A stretch of DNA of 64,000 nt, from contig CAVVDB010000005.1 of the NCBI GenBank assembly GCA_963746865.1, positions 89,437 to 153,436 of the forward strand, written 5' to 3'. Positions 17,655-27,486 of the stretch are shown one piece after another (position 1 is the first letter of the stretch; each line of letters opens with the position of its first letter). Both the position numbers and the translations under genes were made by a program. This DNA is from an uncultured Chloroflexia bacterium (GTDB taxonomy: Bacteria > Chloroflexota > Limnocylindria > Limnocylindrales > CSP1-4). A model generated the notes under the pieces. It ran no database searches and was not told the DNA's origin. It saw only the letters and a list, made by a program, of their open reading frames with translations.

Positions 17655-18503
17655 ATGGCTCCGTCCGACGCGCTGAGCCCGCCGCTTCGACTCCAGGCGG
17701 ATGAACACCCGCTGGTCGAGTTGCGCGCGGACGCGTCGGTCGAAGAGCGCTACCTGCAGCTGATCCACCTCAAAGCCTACGAGGAGGCGGCCAGGGTCGC
17801 GACCGATCGCGACGTCCTGGACCTTGGCTGCAACACCGGCTACGGGACGGTCCGGATCGCGGCCGTCGCGGGGCGGGTGGTCGGGGCGGACGTCTCCAGC
17901 CGAGCGATCGATGCCGCGCGCGCGAGACCGGACGGCGGTCACGTTGCCTGGGTGGTCATCGATGGCGAGCACCTGCCGTTCGAGGCCGATTCGTTCGATC
18001 TCGTCACGAGCTTCCAGGTCATCGAGCACCTCGACGATCCGGTTCCCTGGCTGCGGGAGATCGCTCGCGTCCTGCGCGTTGGCGGGATCGCCATCCTGAC
18101 CACCCCGAACGCTGCGATCCGTCTCGATGCCGGGATGACGCCGTGGAATCGCTTCCATGTCCACGAGTACCGTGCCGCGGAGCTGGGCGGGCTGCTCGGC
18201 CGGGTGTTCCCGTCGGTCCAGGTCCGCGGTCTGTTCGGGACGCCGACCCTCACCGAGACCGAGCTTCGCCGCGTGCGCCGGGCGCGGCGTCGGGCGAGGA
18301 TCGCCGGGTACGCCCGGCCGGCGCTCGAGTTCGCACCGCTGCGGACCGTCGTCGACCAGCTCCGCCGTCTTCGCCGGCGTCGCGGTCGGCGAGGCGTCGC
18401 CGCCCGGGACCAGGAGCGGTTCACGACCGACGACCTGTTCTACGCCGACCACGACCTCGCGCGGGCCCTCGACCTCATCGCCACCTGCACGAACGCGGGC
18501 TGA
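17655..18503 (+). CDS. Class I SAM-dependent methyltransferase
   Basis: 282 aa. Motif I VLDLGCNTGYGT. Also ADSFDLVTSFQVIEHL..LRVGGIAILTTPN. Confidence 0.8.
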   Translation: MAPSDALSPPLRLQADEHPLVELRADASVEERYLQLIHLKAYEEAARVATDRDVLDLGCNTGYGTVRIAAVAGRVVGADVSSRAIDAARARPDGGHVAWVVIDGEHLPFEADSFDLVTSFQVIEHLDDPVPWLREIARVLRVGGIAILTTPNAAIRLDAGMTPWNRFHVHEYRAAELGGLLGRVFPSVQVRGLFGTPTLTETELRRVRRARRRARIAGYARPALEFAPLRTVVDQLRRLRRRRGRRGVAARDQERFTTDDLFYADHDLARALDLIATCTNAG

Positions 18504-18510
18504 CGAGCCG

Positions 18511-19635
18511 TCAGGCGGACGGGACGACCGACGCGGTCTTCGGGACGGTGTAGCGGTCGTGCATCTCGAGCGGGGCGAGGCCGCCGAGTGTCTCGGCCAC
18601 GACGACGGCGTCGTCGCCCGGCTCGAGGACGAAGTCGGCCGGTGGATTGACGAAGGCTCGACCGCCACGGTTGATCGACAGGAGGGTGGCGTTGTGCTCG
18701 TTGCGGAGGCGCGTGGCGACCAGGTCGATCGGCTGCCCGAGGTACTCGTCGGGAAGCGTGATCCGGTAGAGCTCGGACCCCTCACCGCCCGACACGATGT
18801 CGGTCACGAGCGACGACAGCCCAGGGTAGAGGGCCGATCGCGCCAGCAAGTGCGACGCCATCTTCGAGGTGACCAGGAGCTCGTCGACGTCGGCGCGGCG
18901 GAAGTGCGGCTCGTGGCGCGGGTTGTTCACCTCGGCCACGGTGCGGACCTGCGGGGCGACCGACTTGATGGCCATGATGATCAGGATCGAGTGCATGTCG
19001 GCTTCGTCCGACGCATCGGCCGGGAAGATCAGGGCCGCTGACGCGTAGTCGATCCCGGCGCGCGCGAGGTCCTCCGCATCGGTGGCGTCGCCGCGGACGA
19101 AGTAGACGCCGGGGCCGGCCGGGTTCTTGTCGGCCATCGTGAGCACGACGACCTTCTGCTGGTAGTCGTCGCCTTTCAGCTCGTCGATGAGTTCGCGTGC
19201 CGTGCTGTTCCAGCCGCACACGACGATGTGCTCCTTGTGGCCCGCAGAACCCAACCCCTGACCCTCCTTGAGCAAGAAGTCGACGGCCAGCGCGACGAGT
19301 GCGCCGGTGATCAGTGCGAGCATGCCGACCCCGAACAGGATAAGCAGCCAGCCGACCAGCCGCCCTCCGGGTGACGTGACGAACGAGGCGTCCCCTCGGC
19401 CCAGGGCGGTGGCGATCGCCCAGTTGAACGAATTGAACAGCGACTCGAAGGTCAACGGCTTCTCGAGCACGGTGACGAGTACCGTCCCGATCGCCACGAG
19501 GATCAGGATCCCCTCGGCCACCGACAGGAAGAACCGTCGGTCGACCTGTCGCCCGACGCGCCGGACGTGCCACGCCACGCGTCGGATGAGCGGGGTCGCG
19601 AGCAGCGGGATCGTCAGCGGCGGGATACTCGGCAT
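18511..19635 (-). CDS. Two-TM pore channel with RCK (TrkA-N/TrkA-C) gating domains, MthK-like. The pore signature is atypical (TALGRGD).
   Basis: 374 aa. TM1, then a pore-helix-like FNSFNWAIATALGRGDASFVTSPGGRLVGWLLILFGVG, TM2, then HIVVCGWNSTARELIDEL.. and a TrkA-C-like end. Confidence 0.8.
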   Translation of the reverse strand: MPSIPPLTIPLLATPLIRRVAWHVRRVGRQVDRRFFLSVAEGILILVAIGTVLVTVLEKPLTFESLFNSFNWAIATALGRGDASFVTSPGGRLVGWLLILFGVGMLALITGALVALAVDFLLKEGQGLGSAGHKEHIVVCGWNSTARELIDELKGDDYQQKVVVLTMADKNPAGPGVYFVRGDATDAEDLARAGIDYASAALIFPADASDEADMHSILIIMAIKSVAPQVRTVAEVNNPRHEPHFRRADVDELLVTSKMASHLLARSALYPGLSSLVTDIVSGGEGSELYRITLPDEYLGQPIDLVATRLRNEHNATLLSINRGGRAFVNPPADFVLEPGDDAVVVAETLGGLAPLEMHDRYTVPKTASVVPSA

Positions 19636-19644
19636 CGTGTGACC

Positions 19645-21411
19645 CTAGCTCGTAGCACCGCGCTGCTGATACGCCTGGATGACGTCCTGGATGAACGGGT
19701 AGACCCCGGCGATATCCGGCGCGAACCCGTACTTGGCCGGCACGTCGGCGACTCTGGGCTCGAGCTCGCAGGCCACGAAGGTCACGCCCCGCTCCTTGAG
19801 TTCCGAGGCCACCTGGCTGAGGACTTCGGCGCCCGAGTAATCCACGTCGCCCATCGACGCGCCGGACAGGCAGAACCATTCCACCTTCGGATCGGCACCG
19901 TCGATGATCTCCAGGATCTCCTCCATGAACCGGGTGGCGTTAGCGTAGTAGAGCCCGGCGCCGAAGCGGTAGATGACGAGACCCGGGGCCGCCTGGACCA
20001 CGCTGCTGTCACCCACGCGCGAGGTCGACAACGAACCCGTCGAGCCGAGCGCGATGGTCGTGTCGTACGGTCGGTAGGCATGCGCCAGGTGTTCGATGAT
20101 CGAGAGCACGATGGCGAGGATGATGGCCTGCTCGATGCCGACGACCACGACCGTCACCGCTGTCAGGGTCGCGACAGCGAACTCGCCCATCCGAACCCGG
20201 GCGATACCCTGCATCCCCTTGACGTCGATCAGCCGCAGGCCGATCAGCAGGACGACAGCGGCCAGCACGGCGTTCGGCATGTACGAGAGGGCGCCGGTCA
20301 GGAAGAGCAGGACGACGACCACGATCAGGCCGGCCGTCAGCTGTGCGACCTGTGACTTGCCGCCGGCTCCGTCGACCATCTCCGTCTTCGTCGGGCTGCC
20401 GTTGACCACGAACGTACCGGACAGGCCGGCACCGACGTTGGCGAGGCTCAGCCCGACCAGGTCGACGTTCTCGTCGAAGCTGTCCTCGTACTTGGCGGCA
20501 TAGGCGCGCGAGGTCGCGGCACTCTGGGCGAGGATGATGATGAAGCACGAGAACACAGTCGGGAGCAGGGCGACCATGTTGGTGGAGGTGATGACGCCCT
20601 GCGGCAGGCCGATCGGCGGCAGGCCGGCGGCGACCGGCCCGAGCAGCGTCACGGCACTTGGGAGCAACCCGACGTAGCTGATGAGGATCATGCCGACGAC
20701 CGCGATCAGCGCGCCCGGGATCTTCTTGTTGATCCGGTCGGAGCCAAGGATGATGACCCAGACCGCGACCGCGACTGCCAGCGTGGGAAGGCTCGTCTCG
20801 GGGATGTTCTGGATCGTCGTCCAGAACTTCTCGAGGGTCGTGCCGCTGCCGTCGGGCACGCCGAGGACACCATGCAATTGGCCCATCGCGACCTGGATGC
20901 CGACACCGGTCAGGAAGCCGATGAGGACGCTGCGCGACAGGAAGTTGGCGATGAAGCCGAGCTTCAGGATCCGCGCGGCCATGAGGACGACGGCCACCAT
21001 GAGGGCGGCCAGCCCGGCCAGGGCGACGTACTCGGTCGAACCTGCGACGGCGCCCATCGCGACGAGACCGGCGGCCAGGACCACCGCCGTGGCCGAATCC
21101 GCGCCGACGACCAGGTGGCGCGACGAGCCGAAGATGGCGAACAGGAAGAGCGGGACGACGATGGTGTACAGGCCGGTCACGGGCGGCATCCCGGCCATCG
21201 AGGCGTAACCCATCGTTTCGGGGATGGCCAGGGCAGCGAGCGTGGCGCCGGCGATCGCCTCCGAGGGGACACGCGCCGGATCGATGGGCAGGATGCCCTC
21301 GAAGAGGGCGAACGGCCGCTTGCCCGCCTTCCGCTTCGTCGTGCTCGTGGTGGCGCTGGCCACAGCCCCCTCCGTGGATGTGCGCGGGTCCGGGTGAGCC
21401 GGTCGCCGCAT
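19645..21411 (-). CDS. SulP-family anion transporter with C-terminal STAS domain
   Basis: 588 aa: IAGATLAALAIPETMGYASMAGMPPVTGLYT.. (SulP signature). The C-terminus is STAS-like. Its stop lies 9 nt before the channel gene start. Confidence 0.9.
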   Translation of the reverse strand: MRRPAHPDPRTSTEGAVASATTSTTKRKAGKRPFALFEGILPIDPARVPSEAIAGATLAALAIPETMGYASMAGMPPVTGLYTIVVPLFLFAIFGSSRHLVVGADSATAVVLAAGLVAMGAVAGSTEYVALAGLAALMVAVVLMAARILKLGFIANFLSRSVLIGFLTGVGIQVAMGQLHGVLGVPDGSGTTLEKFWTTIQNIPETSLPTLAVAVAVWVIILGSDRINKKIPGALIAVVGMILISYVGLLPSAVTLLGPVAAGLPPIGLPQGVITSTNMVALLPTVFSCFIIILAQSAATSRAYAAKYEDSFDENVDLVGLSLANVGAGLSGTFVVNGSPTKTEMVDGAGGKSQVAQLTAGLIVVVVLLFLTGALSYMPNAVLAAVVLLIGLRLIDVKGMQGIARVRMGEFAVATLTAVTVVVVGIEQAIILAIVLSIIEHLAHAYRPYDTTIALGSTGSLSTSRVGDSSVVQAAPGLVIYRFGAGLYYANATRFMEEILEIIDGADPKVEWFCLSGASMGDVDYSGAEVLSQVASELKERGVTFVACELEPRVADVPAKYGFAPDIAGVYPFIQDVIQAYQQRGATS

Positions 21412-21480
21412 CTCACCGCTGCCGAGGCGTCACTATAGCGACCGGCGAGGGGCCGATGTTCCCCTGTCGGAGGAGGCTCG

Positions 21481-22827
21481 ATGACCGCGCTGCCCAGTCG
21501 GCAGGAACGCGCCGATGCGGGCGTGGCGGCCCGGTCGCGGCTCCCATTCGCTGCCTATGCCGACTGGCGGCCGCCGGCCGATCGTCCCGATCCGGTCGCG
21601 CTGCTCGAGGAGCAGGCCGCGTCACGACTCCCGGACCTGGTCCCCGTCCGGTACGGCCGGATGGGTGTCTCCCCGTTCACCTTCTTCCGGGGCGCGGCCC
21701 TGCCGATGGCGTCCGACCTCGCCCCCGGCCCGAGGAGCGGGATCGAGGTCCAGCTGTGCGGAGATGCGCACCTCTCCAACTTCGGGCTGTTCGCGTCCCC
21801 CGAGCGGTCCGAGCTGTTCGACATCAACGACTTCGACGAGACGCTGCGCGGGCCGTTCGAGTGGGACCTGGCGCGCCTGGCGGCCAGTCTCGTCGTGGCC
21901 GGCCGTTCACGCGGGTTCACCGCCCACGATGATCGCCATGCCGTCCATCGGGCCATGCGCTCCTACCGCGAGCGGATGGCGGGCTATGCGTCGATGCGCG
22001 CGATCGATGTCTACTACTCGTCGGTCGCGGTGTCGAGCATCGTCGGCTACGTCGACAAGCGGGCTCGGCCGATGATCGAGGCGGCGCTTCGTACCGCCGC
22101 CCATCACGATTCCCTGCACGAGCTGCCGAAGCTGACCGAGTTGGTCGACGGGCGCCGCCGGATCATCGACAGGCCACCTGTCATCGTCCATCGCCCCGAG
22201 ATGACCCACCCGCTCGTCGCCGCGGCGATCGCCGGCTACCGGGCCTCGCTGCAGGAGGACCGGCGTGCGCTGTTCGACCGCTACTCGACGGTCGACTACG
22301 CGATGAAGGTCGTCGGGGTCGGGAGCGTCGGCCTCGGGGCGTTCGTGATCCTGTTCGAAGGCGGGTCGGACGACGACCCGCTGTTCCTCCAGGTGAAGGA
22401 AGCCCAGGCGTCGGTCCTGGAGCGCTACCTCGGCCCGAGCCCGGCGCCGACCCACGGCCAGCGCGTGGTGGCCGGACAACGTCATCTGCAGGCCGCCGGC
22501 GACGTCCTCCTGGGCTCGTTCGTCGGCGATCTAGGTCGGCACTGGTACGTCCGCCAGCTCGGCGACCAGAAGGCGAGCGCCGTGGTCGAGGCGATGACCC
22601 CCGACGACCTCGCGACCTGGGGCGAGCTGTGCGGCTGGGCACTCGCCCGCGGCCATGCGCGCTCGGGCGAACCGTCAACGGTCGCCGGCTACCTCGGTTC
22701 GGACGACGGTTTCGACCATGCGATGGCGACCTTCGCCGAGGCCTATGCAGACCTGACCGAGCGCGACTTCGCGGCCTTCACGACCGCCATCGCAGCCGGC
22801 CGGATCACCGCCGAAACAGGCGTCTAG
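21481..22827 (+). CDS. DUF2252-family protein
   Basis: 448 aa: DPVALLEEQAASRLPDLVPVRYGRMGVSPFTFFRGAA..CGDAHLSNFGLFASPERSELFDINDFDET. GGAGGAGG ribosome-binding site upstream. Confidence 0.8.
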   Translation: MTALPSRQERADAGVAARSRLPFAAYADWRPPADRPDPVALLEEQAASRLPDLVPVRYGRMGVSPFTFFRGAALPMASDLAPGPRSGIEVQLCGDAHLSNFGLFASPERSELFDINDFDETLRGPFEWDLARLAASLVVAGRSRGFTAHDDRHAVHRAMRSYRERMAGYASMRAIDVYYSSVAVSSIVGYVDKRARPMIEAALRTAAHHDSLHELPKLTELVDGRRRIIDRPPVIVHRPEMTHPLVAAAIAGYRASLQEDRRALFDRYSTVDYAMKVVGVGSVGLGAFVILFEGGSDDDPLFLQVKEAQASVLERYLGPSPAPTHGQRVVAGQRHLQAAGDVLLGSFVGDLGRHWYVRQLGDQKASAVVEAMTPDDLATWGELCGWALARGHARSGEPSTVAGYLGSDDGFDHAMATFAEAYADLTERDFAAFTTAIAAGRITAETGV

Positions 22828-22828
22828 G

Positions 22829-25585
22829 TCAGGCCGCGGCTGCGGCGGTCGCCTGGACGGGTTCATCACCCGTCCGGATCTTCAGCAACTTCCTGGCTTC
22901 CTCGACGACCACGAGTGACAGCGAGACGAGGATGCACACGGCCCACTGGTCGACCGTCAGGCTGACCGTCCCGAGGAGCCGTTGGAGGAACCCGAGCTCG
23001 GTCGCGAGGATGATCGACACGACGGACAGGGCGGTCGCGATCAGGAGCGGCCGGTTCGCGAGGATGGACCCACCGAACATGGATTCGTCCTCATCGGCGG
23101 TCTCGAGCGAGGAGAACAGTCGGAAGAGCGCGAAGGTCGTGACACCCATTGTGCGCGCGATCACATCGCCGAAGTTCGCATCCGCCCAGGCCAGCACTCC
23201 GAGCGTGCCGGCGGCCATGATCAGGCCGCAGACCACCAGCCAGGTCATCAGCCGTCGCGGCATGATCTTCTGCTCCTTCGGCCGCGGCGGGACCTCCATT
23301 AGCCCCTCGCGCGGCTGGCCGTAGCCAAGACCGATCGCCTGGAAGACGTTGACCGTGAAGTTGAGCCACATCGTCTGCAGCGGCAGGAACGGGATGCCGC
23401 CCAGGATGTTGAGGAGGGCCGAGCCGAGGAAGGTGGCGATATACCCGAACAGGCCTGCCATCTGGAAGCGGATGAACCGCAGCAGGTTGTCGTACACCGA
23501 GCGACCGAGGCCGACGGCCTTGACGATCGTCGCGTAATTGTCGTCGGTGAGGATCATGACCGCGGCCTGCTTCGAGACCTCCGTGCCGGTGATGCCCATG
23601 GCGATGCCGATGTCGGCCTTCTTGAGTGCCGGTGCGTCGTTGACGCCGTCGCCGGTCATCCCGACGACATGGCCCTTCTTGCGCAGGATGTCGACGAGGT
23701 GGACCTTGTCCTCCGGCGAGACGCGGGCGATGACGCCGATCCCGTCGATCTGGCGCATGGCCTCGTCGTCGCTCATCGCCCGGAACTCGGCGCCGGTGAT
23801 GGCGCGCCCCTCGATCCCGAGCTGGTGGGCGATCGCCTCGGCGGTCACCGCGTGGTCGCCGGTGATCATCCGGACCTGGATCCCGGCGGCGTGCGCCTGC
23901 GCGATGGCGGCCTTGGCAGCCGGCCGTGGCGGGTCGACGATGCCGACGATCGCCAGCAGGGTCAGCCCGTCGATGGCGGGCAGCAGGTCGGCGTTGGGGT
24001 CGAACGTGGCCGGGTCGAAGTCCTTCTGGCCGGTGGCCATGACGCGCAGGCCCATCGTGCCGAGACGTTCGTTCTCGGCGAGGTAGGCGTCGCGCAGCTG
24101 GGCGATCGGCACCTCCGTGCCGTCGGGACCGTGTGCGGTCGTCGCGCGGGCCAGGAGCTGATCTGGCGCGCCCTTGATGTAGCCGCGGATGACGTCGCGA
24201 CCGTCCAGATCCTTCATGGCATGGAAGGTCGCCATCATCTTGTAGGCCGCGTCGAAGGGCAGGGTCGCGACCCGCGGGTAGTTCTCGCGGGTGAGCGTCG
24301 GATCCACGCCGCCCTTGGCGGCGAGGACCACCAGCGCGCCCTCGGTCGGATCGCCGACCAGGGCGCCGTCGCGAACCTCGGCATCGGCGCACAGCGCCAT
24401 CGGCAGCAGGTACTGCTCGAGCGGCACGTCGGGCTGGCCGCCGGTGTGGGTGATCTGCCCGGTCGTCTGGTAGCCGTCGCCACTGATGGCGTAGCGGCGG
24501 CCGACGATCGCCATCTGGACGGCCGTCATCTGGTTGAGCGTCAGGGTTCCCGTCTTGTCCGAGTTGAGCGCGGAGGTCGACCCGAGCGTCTCGACCGAGC
24601 GGAGCCGCTTCATGATCGCGCCGGCCCCTGCGAGTGTCTGCGACCCCTTCGACAGGATGGCCGTCGTGACGGCCGGCAAGGCGGTCGGGATCGCCGCGAC
24701 CGCGAACGCGACGGCGCTCAGGAACAGCTCCTGGATCTGGATTCCGCGGTACAGCCCGAGCGCCGTACTGACCACCAGCGCGACGCCGGCGATGACGAGG
24801 ATCTGGTTGGTCAGCGCGTCGAGCTGCTTGGTCAGCGGGGTCTTCTCGACCCCGGTCGCCTGGAGCATCCCGCTGATGTGGCCGACCTCGGTCGCCATCC
24901 CGGTGGTCGTGACGAGGATCGTCCCCGCGCCGCGTGTGACCTGGCAGTTCATGAACGCCATGTCGACGCGATCCCCAAGGGCGGCATCTGCGGCCACTGA
25001 GTCCACCTGCTTGGGGGTGGGGACGCTCTCGCCGGTCAGCGCCGACTCGTCGATCTCGAGCGTCGCGGCGGACAGGATCCGGGCGTCGGCGGGGACCAGG
25101 TCGCCCGCCTCGATGTTGACGATGTCGCCCGGCACGAGCTGGTCCATCGGGATCTCGGCAAGGTCGCCGTTCCGCCGAACCTTCGCCTTGACGACCATCA
25201 TGTTCTGGAGCGCCGAGGCGCTCGCCTCGGCCTTGCCCTCCTGGTTCATCGCCATCCAGGCGTTGAACACGGTCAGCAACAGCAGGAACAATCCGGTGTA
25301 GAACTGCCCCGGCAGGAACAGGCAGACGACGCCGGCGACGAGGAGCACCACCTGCATCGGATCCGCGTACTGGCGGGTGAACAGCTTGAGCTTCGACGCC
25401 TTCTTCGCCTCGGCGAAGGTGTTCGGCCCGTACTTTGCCCGTCGAGAATCGGCCTCGGCCGATGTCAGGCCGGCTGCCGGATCCACCCTGAGGCGAGTGG
25501 CAGCGTCATCGGGGGAGAGCGAATACCAGGCCACGTCGGGCGCCGGTTGGACCGACATCGTCGTGGGATCGGCATGCGCCGTCAT
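22829..25585 (-). CDS. Cation-translocating P-type ATPase (P2/P3-like). The TM4 motif is IPTALP instead of PEGLP.
   Basis: 918 aa with motifs LTGESVP, SDKTGTLT, MITGDH and MTGDGVNDAPALKKADIGIAMG. The start overlaps the PPK2 stop (ATGA at 25582-25585). Confidence 0.9.
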   Translation of the reverse strand: MTAHADPTTMSVQPAPDVAWYSLSPDDAATRLRVDPAAGLTSAEADSRRAKYGPNTFAEAKKASKLKLFTRQYADPMQVVLLVAGVVCLFLPGQFYTGLFLLLLTVFNAWMAMNQEGKAEASASALQNMMVVKAKVRRNGDLAEIPMDQLVPGDIVNIEAGDLVPADARILSAATLEIDESALTGESVPTPKQVDSVAADAALGDRVDMAFMNCQVTRGAGTILVTTTGMATEVGHISGMLQATGVEKTPLTKQLDALTNQILVIAGVALVVSTALGLYRGIQIQELFLSAVAFAVAAIPTALPAVTTAILSKGSQTLAGAGAIMKRLRSVETLGSTSALNSDKTGTLTLNQMTAVQMAIVGRRYAISGDGYQTTGQITHTGGQPDVPLEQYLLPMALCADAEVRDGALVGDPTEGALVVLAAKGGVDPTLTRENYPRVATLPFDAAYKMMATFHAMKDLDGRDVIRGYIKGAPDQLLARATTAHGPDGTEVPIAQLRDAYLAENERLGTMGLRVMATGQKDFDPATFDPNADLLPAIDGLTLLAIVGIVDPPRPAAKAAIAQAHAAGIQVRMITGDHAVTAEAIAHQLGIEGRAITGAEFRAMSDDEAMRQIDGIGVIARVSPEDKVHLVDILRKKGHVVGMTGDGVNDAPALKKADIGIAMGITGTEVSKQAAVMILTDDNYATIVKAVGLGRSVYDNLLRFIRFQMAGLFGYIATFLGSALLNILGGIPFLPLQTMWLNFTVNVFQAIGLGYGQPREGLMEVPPRPKEQKIMPRRLMTWLVVCGLIMAAGTLGVLAWADANFGDVIARTMGVTTFALFRLFSSLETADEDESMFGGSILANRPLLIATALSVVSIILATELGFLQRLLGTVSLTVDQWAVCILVSLSLVVVEEARKLLKIRTGDEPVQATAAAAA

Positions 25586-26560
25586 GACTTCTTCCTCTTC
25601 TTCGACTTCCTGTCGGCCTTGTGGGCGGCCTCCTCGGCGACCGGGTCAGCCGCCGCGCCCGGACGGGCCTGATGCTCGAGGTCCACCTTGGCCGCGGCGA
25701 GCGCGTCGTGCCCTTCCTTCGACACGACCGGGAACTTCGGATCGATCTCGATCAGGGTGTGGGCGAGGACGCCGGCGGCGGCGACCCGGGCGAACGGCTT
25801 GTCGTCGGCCGGGATCACGTACCACGGCGCCCACGTCGTGCTCGTGTTCGAGAGGACCTCGCTGAACGCCCTCTGGTAGTCGTCCCAGAACATCCGCTCC
25901 TTCGCGTCATTGGCGCTGAACTTCCAGTTCCGGTCGGGCTCATCGATGCGGGCCAGGAACCGTCGGCGCTGCTCTTCCTTGCTGACGTTGAGGAAGAGCT
26001 TGACGAACCGGTAGCCTTGGTCGCTCAGGTAGTGCTCCCAATCGTTGATCTCCCGGAAGCGACGCTTCCAGATGCCCCGGTCCTTGAGCTTCGGTGGAAG
26101 CTTCTGGTTCGCCAGGATCTGCGGGTGGACCCGAACGACGAGGACTTCCTCGTAGTACGAGCGGTTGAAGATGCCGATATTGCCCACGCTCGGGAAGGCG
26201 CTTCTGGTAGCGCCACAGGTAGTCGTGGTTCAGGTCCTCGCTGGACGGGATCTTGAAGCTGCTGACCTGGACGCCCTGCGGATTCACGCCGCTCATGACG
26301 TGGCGGATGGTGCCGTCCTTGCCCGCTGCATCCATCGCCTGCAGGACCATCACGACGCCGTTTGTGTCCTGGGCGGCTAGGCGCGTCTGGTACTCGGCGA
26401 GCAGCCGGACACCTTCGCGGAGGATTTCCTTGGCCTCCTTGACGCTGACTTGGCGCGAACCGGCCGGGTCGAAGTCGTGCGGCAGGCGGACTCGGCGACC
26501 TGGCTTCACGCGGAAGGGCTCGATGAACGCGGCGATCCTCTTGGGACCCAGATCCGCCAT
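25582..26560 (-). pseudogene. ppk2: Polyphosphate kinase 2 (PPK2), split by one extra base in a G-run (CCC on the plus strand at 26183-26185)
   Basis: The N-terminal half is in track ORF 25940..26662: MADLGPKRI..VVMVLQAMDAAGKDGTIRHVMSGVNPQGVQVSSFK..YLWRYQKRLPERG. The C-terminal half is in ORF 25582..26187: NIGIFNRSYYEEVLVVRVHP... Junction: cgt ggg caa tat versus cgt ggc aat atc. ATG at 26560 after GGAGG. Confidence 0.8.
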
Positions 26561-26726
26561 GGTGAAATGCCTCCGATCCGATTGCGACGCCCGGCCGATG
26601 GGCACTGGCGATGCGGCCGCGGCGTGCCGAGGGATTATCGCCATCCGGCCGACGCGATGCACGGGCCGTGTGCTTCCGGGCGCCGGGCCATGCGGCCCTG
26701 ACGCGCGTCGGCGGGGACCCGGCCGT

Positions 26727-27473
26727 TCAGTCCGGGTCGACCAGCTCGATCCGGATGCGCTTGTTGATCCGGCCCTTGGACTCGTAGCCGGTCACCCGGA
26801 TGCCGCCGACCTCGCGGGTGTTCGCGACGTGCGTGCCGCCGTCGGCCTGGAGGTCGAGCCCGACGATCTCGATCGTCCGGATCTCATCGATCCCCTCGGG
26901 CAGCAGGTTGACCTTGGTCCGGATGAGATCCGGGATGGCGAACGCCTCGGCGCGCGGCAGGACGGCGACCCGGACGTCGCGAGCGGCCGCAAGTTCGGTG
27001 TTGACGGTCGCCTCGATGGCGTCGACCAGGTCGCCCGACATCCGCTCGAACTCGAAATCCATCCGGCCCGAACCCGGCTCCATGTTGCCGCCGGTCACGA
27101 GCGCGCCGTAGTCGCGCCAGACGACCCCGCACAGCGTGTGGAGTGCCGTGTGGGTGCGCATCAGGGCGAGGCGCCGGGCCCCGTCGAGGTCGACCCGCAC
27201 CAGGTCGCCGACCGACGGCGGGTCGTCGCCTGGTTCGAGTTCATGGATGATCTCGCCCGCCGACTTGCGCGCGCCGCGAACGGTCCACCTCCGTCCGTCA
27301 CTCGCCCGGAGGATCAGGCCGCGATCCGAGGGCTGACCCCCACCACCCGGGTAGAAGACCGTCCGATCGAGGACGACGAGCGCGGCGTCACCGAGCTCGA
27401 CGGCGGCGACCCGCGCGTCGATCGAATGGGCGTAGGCGTCCGTGTAGCAGAGCTGCTCGCCCGTCGGCGTCAT
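26727..27473 (-). CDS. alaX: Alanyl-tRNA editing protein (AlaX-M-like, tRNA_SAD domain)
   Basis: 248 aa: DRTVFYPGGGGQPSD, MRTHTALHTLCG (HxxxH), and ADGGTHV (zinc/editing motif). Confidence 0.85.
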   Translation of the reverse strand: MTPTGEQLCYTDAYAHSIDARVAAVELGDAALVVLDRTVFYPGGGGQPSDRGLILRASDGRRWTVRGARKSAGEIIHELEPGDDPPSVGDLVRVDLDGARRLALMRTHTALHTLCGVVWRDYGALVTGGNMEPGSGRMDFEFERMSGDLVDAIEATVNTELAAARDVRVAVLPRAEAFAIPDLIRTKVNLLPEGIDEIRTIEIVGLDLQADGGTHVANTREVGGIRVTGYESKGRINKRIRIELVDPD

Positions 27474-27486
27474 GCGGGCCGCGGCG

